From: Gammaproteobacteria bacterium
Lineage (GTDB): Bacteria > Pseudomonadota > Gammaproteobacteria > CAJXQU01
Reading direction: 5' to 3'
NCBI GenBank assembly: GCA_965223825.1
Contig: OZ245018.1
Coordinates: 1,939,792 to 2,003,791 of the forward strand
Length of the DNA: 64,000 nucleotides
Below, piece by piece: positions 57,865-64,000 of the stretch; within the stretch, counting starts at the first letter, position 1, and the number at the start of each line of letters is the position of its first letter. Both the position numbers and the translations under genes were made by a program. The notes beneath the pieces were generated by a model, which saw only the letters and a list, made by a program, of their open reading frames with translations, was not told the DNA's origin and made no database searches.

Positions 57865-58677
57865 CTAGCGTTGCTGCCCGAACTCCAAGATCACTTCACT
57901 CGCCGGATTTTTAATAATATATTGTGTTCGTTTTTCAGTTCTATCTTGTTCAGTCTTATGTAAAGGCGCATCGTTTTGCACGACGGATACCAGCTTTTCG
58001 GTTTCTTCACCAGCTCCCGGCTCATTAACTACTTTTTTTTGTACCGTAATATTTTCATACGACGTCGCGTATTCATGTGGCGCTTGATTATCCATGTTTA
58101 ACAAAGCTGTGTTATAAACACTTTTTTCACAGGCTTCGACTAAAATTTTAGCTAAATGCGACGTATTAAGTGCTGTCGTTTCATTTAAATTTTCAGGAAC
58201 TGGTGCATTCCATTTATTGCGTTGAAGCAAGGTTTTTGAATCAGCCGACCGAACCAAACACTGAATAGGTAACACTTGCTCTTCGTGATTATGTGCTTGT
58301 CGCGGATCTGACTGTTCAAAGCTGATTGAAAACCCTTGCGTTAATTTCCCCACTTCAATCGCTGCAACAATAACTTCCAAAGTGTGTGAGGTATAAGCCT
58401 CTTCAGTACATGTTTTCATCTCACAGAACCTCACTTGGTTTTCGGGCAAACCACGCTTTTTCCATTCTGCTTGAATATTTTTAGTTAAGACATCTCGATT
58501 TTCATCATCAAGCTTAGTCGCTATATTTAACGCCTTAATAGTAATCAAGGTTGTCAGGTTGTTCTCAGTTTTATCCGTCGCATATCCAAAAGTGGGCCAC
58601 GAGAAACTCAGCGTCATTAGTAATAACGAGATCACTCTGGCTTTTATTCTTGTGTTTTCATTACGATTAGGTTGCAT
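57865..58677 (-). CDS. Secreted hypothetical protein appended to urease operon
   Basis: ORF 57865..58713; probable start MQPNRNE (58677) with signal peptide ...[16 protein letters not shown]; overlaps ureG 3' end. Confidence 0.55.
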   Translation of the reverse strand: MQPNRNENTRIKARVISLLLMTLSFSWPTFGYATDKTENNLTTLITIKALNIATKLDDENRDVLTKNIQAEWKKRGLPENQVRFCEMKTCTEEAYTSHTLEVIVAAIEVGKLTQGFSISFEQSDPRQAHNHEEQVLPIQCLVRSADSKTLLQRNKWNAPVPENLNETTALNTSHLAKILVEACEKSVYNTALLNMDNQAPHEYATSYENITVQKKVVNEPGAGEETEKLVSVVQNDAPLHKTEQDRTEKRTQYIIKNPASEVILEFGQQR

Positions 58678-59290
58678 GATCGAGCATCCCCTCTTTAATA
58701 AGAAAATCCGCAATAATTTCTAAGCCCTTCTCTTCTTTTAAGTTGGTAAAGACAAACGGTTTCTCCCCGCGCATTTTTTTTGCATCGCGATCCATGACTT
58801 CTAAGGAAGCACCGACAATAGGCGCAAGATCGATCTTATTAATTACAAGCAAATCCGATCGTGTAATACCCGGCCCCCCTTTTCGTGGGATTTTATCCCC
58901 GGCGGATACATCGATAACGTAAATTGTAATATCAGCTAACTCAGGGGAAAAGGTTGCACTCAAATTATCGCCTCCACTTTCAACGATAACCATTTGTAGA
59001 TCAGCAAAGCGAGACTGTAACTGATCAATAGCGGCGAGATTCATTGACGCATCTTCTCGGATCGCCGTATGTGGACACCCTCCTGTTTCTACTCCCATGA
59101 TCCGATCAGGTGTCAATGCACCTGATCTAACCAAGAACTGCGCGTCTTCTTGTGTGTAAATATCGTTCGTCACAACCGCGATATTGTAGCGATCGCGTAA
59201 ATAATGGCACAAGGCATCGACTAATCGCGTCTTGCCCGATCCGACTGGGCCACCAATTCCAACACGAAAGACATCCGCATTTTCTGACAT
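58667..59290 (-). CDS. ureG: Urease accessory GTPase UreG
   Basis: 207 aa; P-loop [18 protein letters not shown] metal-binding motif. Confidence 0.95.
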   Translation of the reverse strand: MSENADVFRVGIGGPVGSGKTRLVDALCHYLRDRYNIAVVTNDIYTQEDAQFLVRSGALTPDRIMGVETGGCPHTAIREDASMNLAAIDQLQSRFADLQMVIVESGGDNLSATFSPELADITIYVIDVSAGDKIPRKGGPGITRSDLLVINKIDLAPIVGASLEVMDRDAKKMRGEKPFVFTNLKEEKGLEIIADFLIKEGMLDHAT

Positions 59291-59348
59291 AGTTATTTCT
59301 CCTTATCGATCTTGTTCTTACTTATTTGCTTGCTTTCCGCTCGTGACA

Positions 59349-60116
59349 CTACGATCGGAACAAACGCGTGTATTGTGTTTCATGCCAACCACTTGCCATC
59401 GCAAGCCCAGGCAAGGAATATCCCAAGTCAGCATCATTTAATAAATAGGCTTGTTGAATAACGTGATCCATTTGCCCTGCTAAGCGCCGCAGTAACTGTT
59501 GTCCGTGTGTTTGTCCTAAGGGAATCAGCTTGATGGCGGCCGCGATCTGATTTTCATGCCAGGCCCATAAATATCCGGCGCAGAGTTCATGTTGTGTAAT
59601 TCGCCATGGAACAGCAGCAAGAACGAGTGCAGCGGCATAAGAAATATCAACGTGATTGAGCTCATTCTTTAAACGTTCAATTACGATTTTTGTTGCTTCA
59701 AATGTGTTACTTTCTGGTTCAATATTTTTAATTAAACGTAGTAACGCCGCGCCCATTTGCCGATCTTCATCCAGCAGTTCACGACTTTCCCGCATAGATA
59801 ATAATTGCGCGTTCCAATTTGCAAATAATGCCAGATCGTTCATCTGCAACGCATCAAACAAACGGATTAAGATAGGAAGGTCAACCGCACAGAACGCATG
59901 CTCCGCAATCCCATTTATCCACTCATATGCACTATCAACATCGTGCACCCATGCAGCTTCGATCGCAGACTCTAGCCCTTGTGAATAGGAATAAGCCCCA
60001 ATGGGTAACGTCGGGCTGATCAATTGCCATAAACCAAACTGAGCAAGTTGTGAGGATGTGTTTCTCTCACCCGATCGTTGTGTTGTCTCGATGCGTTTCG
60101 TTGAATCAGTGGGCAT
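59349..60116 (-). CDS. ureF: Urease accessory protein UreF
   Basis: ORF 59349..60209, start set at MPTDS (60116); UreF motif LISPTLPIGAYSYSQGLE. Confidence 0.8.
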   Translation of the reverse strand: MPTDSTKRIETTQRSGERNTSSQLAQFGLWQLISPTLPIGAYSYSQGLESAIEAAWVHDVDSAYEWINGIAEHAFCAVDLPILIRLFDALQMNDLALFANWNAQLLSMRESRELLDEDRQMGAALLRLIKNIEPESNTFEATKIVIERLKNELNHVDISYAAALVLAAVPWRITQHELCAGYLWAWHENQIAAAIKLIPLGQTHGQQLLRRLAGQMDHVIQQAYLLNDADLGYSLPGLAMASGWHETQYTRLFRS

Positions 60117-60633
60117 GTGAATGACCAGAGTTTTGACCAACATCATCATCGGATCCATGACGATGTTGGTGAGCGTGCTTACCATGATAGGCGCCCGCTT
60201 CAGGCTCAAAAGCTTGCTCTGATTGCGTAATCGCGAGTCCTTGTAAACCTAAGATCATGTCATCTAACACATGATCATGCAGATAAGCGATCCAATTCTC
60301 ACCGACTTGTACCGACACATGACGGTTACCAAGATGATACGCCGCCTTCGCCAGCGCTTGTTGATTTTCAGCAGTGACAATACTGACCCGTTCTGGTGCG
60401 GCGATCACTTCGATGATGTCACCGTCGACGCTGATCAAATGTTCTCCTCCACGCAATAAACTGCCGCGCGGTAGCATGAGCGCGGCTTCTCGGCCCGATC
60501 CTAAAAGCAACCGTTGACGGCTGATCTGGCGCTTGGCAAAGGGCAAACTACACGTATCTGAAATACTCTCTGTAGGGTTAAACGGATCATTAATAATGAC
60601 GTCCTGTTCGTAGCGTTTTTTAATGGTGATCAT
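60106..60633 (-). CDS. ureE: Urease accessory metallochaperone UreE (His-rich C-terminus)
   Basis: 175 aa; C-terminal HGKHAHQHRHGSDDDVGQNSGHSHAH. Confidence 0.85.
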   Translation of the reverse strand: MITIKKRYEQDVIINDPFNPTESISDTCSLPFAKRQISRQRLLLGSGREAALMLPRGSLLRGGEHLISVDGDIIEVIAAPERVSIVTAENQQALAKAAYHLGNRHVSVQVGENWIAYLHDHVLDDMILGLQGLAITQSEQAFEPEAGAYHGKHAHQHRHGSDDDVGQNSGHSHAH

Positions 60634-60655
60634 CGTGGTCAGTCATCCTGCATCA

Positions 60656-62359
60656 CTAAAATAAGAAGTAACGTTGCGCTAATGGTAATTCCGTTGCTGG
60701 TTCGCACATTAAGAGTTGGCCATCGGCATGGACTTGGTACGTTTCCGGATCAACCTCGATCGTCGGCTGATAATCGTTCAGATACATATCTTTTTTCTGA
60801 ACATTCCGACAGTTTTTCACTGCTGCCAGTCTTTTTTGTAAGCCAAGTTTTTGCGCAATGCCCTGACTGATCGCCACTTGCGAAACGAAGGTCAAACACG
60901 TTTCATGTCGTGCGCCACCAAAGGCACCAAACATCGGACGATAATGCACAGGCTGTGGGGTTGGAATAGACGCATTGGGATCACCCATCGCGGCGGCGGC
61001 GATCATGCCGCCTTTTACTATAATCGAGGGTTTTGCCCCAAACATAGCAGGATTCCAGATCACCAGATCAGCTAACTTACCCACTTCGACTGATCCGACT
61101 TCGTGACTGATACCATGCGTGATCGCAGGGTTAATTGTGTATTTTGCAATGTAACGTTTCGCGCGCAAGTTATCGTGTCGATCACTATCTTCTGGTAATG
61201 CACCACGTTGTACTTTCATCTTATGTGCGGTTTGCCAAGTTCGCGTGATCACCTCCCCTACTCGTCCCATGGCTTGCGAGTCTGACGAAATCATCGAGAA
61301 CGCGCCAAGATCATGCAGAATATCCTCCGCTGCGATCGTTTCGCGACGAATTCGCGATTCCGCAAATGCAACGTCTTCCGCAATCGACGGATCAAGATGG
61401 TGACAGACCATCAGCATATCCAAATGTTCGTCGACCGTATTGATCGTATAAGGCCGCGTAGGGTTGGTTGATGACGGTAACACATTCGCTTCACCGCAAG
61501 CTTTGATAATATCCGGTGCATGGCCACCGCCCGCACCTTCCGTGTGATACGTATGAATCGTCCGACCTTTAAAGGCTGCAAGCGTATCTTCTACAAAACC
61601 AGACTCGTTTAATGTGTCAGTATGAATCGCAACTTGAATATCGGTCTCTTCTGCAACACTCAAACACGTATCGATCGCGGCTGGCGTTGTCCCCCAATCT
61701 TCGTGGAGTTTTAAACCCATCGCACCCGCAGCAACTTGTTCCGTTAAGGCTTCTGGTAACGACGCATTACCTTTTCCCATAAAACCTAAATTCATCGGGA
61801 ACGCATCTGCCGACTGCAGCATTTTTCCAATATTCCAAGGGCCTGAAGTACAGGTTGTTGCATTCGTGCCCGTTGCGGGGCCAGTGCCACCACCAAGCAT
61901 AGTCGTGATACCAGACATGAGTGCTTCTTCAATTTGCTGCGGACAAATGTAATGAATATGCGCATCAATTCCACCGGCTGTAATGATTGACCCTTCACCG
62001 GCAATCACTTCCGTTCCTGGCCCAACAATAACATCAACATTTGCTTGCGTATCAGGGTTACCACCTTTTCCGATGCCACTAATGCGTCCGTCTTTAATAC
62101 CAATATCAGCTTTATAAATACCAGTATGATCAAGAATTAGCGCATTCGTGATAATCACGTCGACAACATGTTCTGCTGTCAGCTGAGATTGGCCCATGCC
62201 ATCGCGGATCACTTTGCCGCCACCGAATTTCACCTCATCACCATAAACGGTGAAATCCTTTTCAACTTCAATAATTATCTCGGTGTCACCTAAACGAACA
62301 CGATCGCCCACTGTCGGACCGAACATTTCTGCGTAGGCACGTTTATCCATCTGACTCAT
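60656..62359 (-). CDS. ureC: Urease alpha subunit UreC
   Basis: ~567 aa; [27 protein letters not shown]-terminus, MVCHHLD and other urease active-site motifs; TGATG 1-nt overlap with ureB. Confidence 0.95.
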   Translation of the reverse strand: MSQMDKRAYAEMFGPTVGDRVRLGDTEIIIEVEKDFTVYGDEVKFGGGKVIRDGMGQSQLTAEHVVDVIITNALILDHTGIYKADIGIKDGRISGIGKGGNPDTQANVDVIVGPGTEVIAGEGSIITAGGIDAHIHYICPQQIEEALMSGITTMLGGGTGPATGTNATTCTSGPWNIGKMLQSADAFPMNLGFMGKGNASLPEALTEQVAAGAMGLKLHEDWGTTPAAIDTCLSVAEETDIQVAIHTDTLNESGFVEDTLAAFKGRTIHTYHTEGAGGGHAPDIIKACGEANVLPSSTNPTRPYTINTVDEHLDMLMVCHHLDPSIAEDVAFAESRIRRETIAAEDILHDLGAFSMISSDSQAMGRVGEVITRTWQTAHKMKVQRGALPEDSDRHDNLRAKRYIAKYTINPAITHGISHEVGSVEVGKLADLVIWNPAMFGAKPSIIVKGGMIAAAAMGDPNASIPTPQPVHYRPMFGAFGGARHETCLTFVSQVAISQGIAQKLGLQKRLAAVKNCRNVQKKDMYLNDYQPTIEVDPETYQVHADGQLLMCEPATELPLAQRYFLF

Positions 62360-62664
62360 CACAGATCCCCCATGATTTTTCCGTTAAACCCAAATACACG
62401 TCGGCTGCCCACATACGGAACTAAGCTAATCGTACGGGAATGACCGGGTTCAAAACGGACAGCCGTTCCAGATGGAATATCCAAACGCATTCCACGCGCT
62501 TGTTCTCGATCAAACGAAAGCGCTGCATTGGTTTCATAAAAATGGTAATGCGATCCTATTTGGATTGGCCTATCACCCGTATTCGTAATGCTAAGGGTCA
62601 CTTTTTGCAGGCCTTGATTTATTTCTATCGTGCCTTCATCGACGATCAGTTCACCTGGAATCAT
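62359..62664 (-). CDS. ureB: Urease beta subunit UreB
   Basis: 101 aa; [11 protein letters not shown]...[13 protein letters not shown]. Confidence 0.9.
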   Translation of the reverse strand: MIPGELIVDEGTIEINQGLQKVTLSITNTGDRPIQIGSHYHFYETNAALSFDREQARGMRLDIPSGTAVRFEPGHSRTISLVPYVGSRRVFGFNGKIMGDL

Positions 62665-62676
62665 TTTATATACCTC

Positions 62677-62979
62677 TTAACTAATCGGGTTATGCACGGT
62701 GACTAATTTCGTGCCATCGGGAAAAGTCGCTTCAACTTGCACTTCGTGCACCATGTCAGCGATCCCTTCCATCACATCATCACTGGATAATAATGTCGTG
62801 CCGTAACTCATTAAATCACTTACAGTACGTCCCTCACGTGCGCCTTCCATAATTGCAGAGGAAAGATACGCCACCGCCTCGGGATAATTTAATTTTATCC
62901 CACGTGCTAGACGACGTTCTGCGACAATGGCGGCCATTGAAATCAGCAATTTATCTTTTTCTCGTGGACTGAGTTCCAT
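62677..62979 (-). CDS. ureA: Urease gamma subunit UreA
   Basis: 100 aa; [13 protein letters not shown]... Confidence 0.9.
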   Translation of the reverse strand: MELSPREKDKLLISMAAIVAERRLARGIKLNYPEAVAYLSSAIMEGAREGRTVSDLMSYGTTLLSSDDVMEGIADMVHEVQVEATFPDGTKLVTVHNPIS

Positions 62980-63039
62980 ATATCTACTCCGAAATATTGA
63001 TGCTGAATAAGCTCATATTTTATTAAATTAAAAAAATCG

Positions 63040-63909
63040 TTATGTCGACCAAATCCTTGGTTCGCACTTTTTTTTCCCCACAACAACAGGACGAATCTGC
63101 GCCCATGCTGATCGCAATAACAATAATCCTTCTTCTATTTCATCGCCTAAATAACGCACAACCAGCAGACCATCAATACATGTGGCAGACCATACACCTT
63201 GTGAATAAACTGATAAGTGATCACGTAGCTGTTCGAGATCGATTTGATCAGCTGGAGTCGCATACAATGCACCGAAGACCGTCCTGCCTGATAAGCCCCA
63301 AGGTGATGTTAGACAAGCGCTTCCCGGACTTAAACGTAAACGATCAGAAAAGCAGCGTTGATTCTCTTTATTAAGAATAAGTTGATTATCAAAGTACGCA
63401 TTGTCGTAATGATCACCAGATGCCGGTCGGCCTAAACCGTAGAGCTCCATACCAATAAAACGCGATCGCTTATTTAAATTTATTTGTGTTTTTGTTTTAA
63501 CATTACTGTGCCCGAACAACAGTGTCTCCTGCACCATCCATTCAAGCGTTGCATCTTCTGCGACATGAAGTTCTTGAATTTGCTGTGCCGGTAATCCACT
63601 ACTTCGATAAAACTTCCCTGCGCCCGGCGTCGTGATCAACGCATGTGCATTTGCATCGACTGAAATAGTAATCGCGATCTGATCACCACCCGCTACGCCA
63701 CCCGGCGGATGTAATAAATAAACATGACTCACATCACCTTCAGGATAAAACGGTTTTAACACACGTAACGGGCCAAAAGACTTGCGTGCGCTTAGCACCG
63801 TTTTATTTTTCCGCTGTGAAAACCCTAGACTGATCGACGCTAACCATTGCAAAGCTGCAGCGGAATCCCCCTCAGTCATTTCCTGAATTGTCTCTTTCGC
63901 CGCTGACAC
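63040..63909 (-). CDS. ureD: Urease accessory protein UreD (UreH)
   Basis: 289 aa; first gene of ureDABCEFG on minus strand; UreD-family central motifs (LLHPPGGVAGGDQI). Confidence 0.85.
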   Translation of the reverse strand: MSAAKETIQEMTEGDSAAALQWLASISLGFSQRKNKTVLSARKSFGPLRVLKPFYPEGDVSHVYLLHPPGGVAGGDQIAITISVDANAHALITTPGAGKFYRSSGLPAQQIQELHVAEDATLEWMVQETLLFGHSNVKTKTQINLNKRSRFIGMELYGLGRPASGDHYDNAYFDNQLILNKENQRCFSDRLRLSPGSACLTSPWGLSGRTVFGALYATPADQIDLEQLRDHLSVYSQGVWSATCIDGLLVVRYLGDEIEEGLLLLRSAWAQIRPVVVGKKKCEPRIWST

Positions 63910-64000
63910 GTCACATCACTCCATTGGCTGAATTAGATACCTTTACATCAAAGGTCGTTATCGTTATTACGCATACGTTAAATATGGGTATATAAGAGTG

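Noticed and set aside
1-64000. Prophage, integron or transposon signatures, such as integrase, transposase, attC arrays or tRNA targets
   Set aside because: No recombinase-like ORF, tRNA gene or inverted-repeat-bounded element is visible. Accessory content appears as small islands (the STAND pair, the FG-GAP region) without mobility genes in this window.

Overview
This is a 64 kb window of chromosome, most likely from a marine gammaproteobacterium at roughly mid-40s % GC. It is gene-dense, about 60 CDS, and mixes housekeeping and accessory functions. No rRNA, tRNA, CRISPR array, transposase or integrase is visible.

From 5' to 3' the window holds:
- Two membrane proteins and a DUF2130 zinc-ribbon/coiled-coil protein.
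- mazG convergent with a standalone HNH endonuclease.
- An aminotransferase, a small secreted protein and a NUDIX CoA-pyrophosphatase-like protein.
- An Lpp-like alanine-zipper lipoprotein with a C-terminal Lys, placed next to a YkuD L,D-transpeptidase.
- A DUF423 protein.
- A histidine kinase and OmpR-type regulator pair.
- A CheW-like protein with a chemoreceptor zinc-binding (CZB) domain inserted into it, followed by a truncated haemoglobin.
- A BON-domain and coiled-coil membrane-protein pair.
- A cobalamin riboswitch driving btuB, a COG2102/DUF71 protein, btuF and cobO.
- A two-gene module on the minus strand: a small two-transmembrane protein plus an 850-aa P-loop NTPase (NB-ARC/NACHT-like STAND type) with TPR-like repeats. 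The two proteins share a ~25-aa N-terminal motif, and the NTPase gene contains seven near-identical 138-bp tandem repeats.
- A formate/nitrite transporter, isocitrate lyase, clpS-clpA, argA-argE and a pqi (pqiA split in two, pqiB, pqiC) cluster.
- An asparaginase-N-domain protein.
- A 939-aa FG-GAP/Ig-like secreted protein with a duplicated uncharacterised C-terminal domain.
- Two ~97%-identical copies of a ~230-bp non-coding element.
- A PhzF-family protein.
- A large nitrogen-assimilation island: nasA nitrate reductase, nirBD, a NasC-like flavoprotein, a PP2C-phosphatase/Ser-Thr-kinase fusion, a NarK transporter, nrtABCD, nasT, an AlgE-like porin, and then ureDABCEFG plus one unknown secreted protein.

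The strongest candidate for an undescribed system is the small-membrane-protein plus STAND-NTPase pair at 20.5-23.4 kb. Its shared short motif resembles amyloid-type NLR-to-effector signalling modules. Other points worth checking are the CZB-in-CheW fusion with a haemoglobin partner, the duplicated 230-bp RNA-like elements, the Lpp-like/L,D-transpeptidase pairing, and the cobalamin-riboswitch operon carrying a COG2102 gene.
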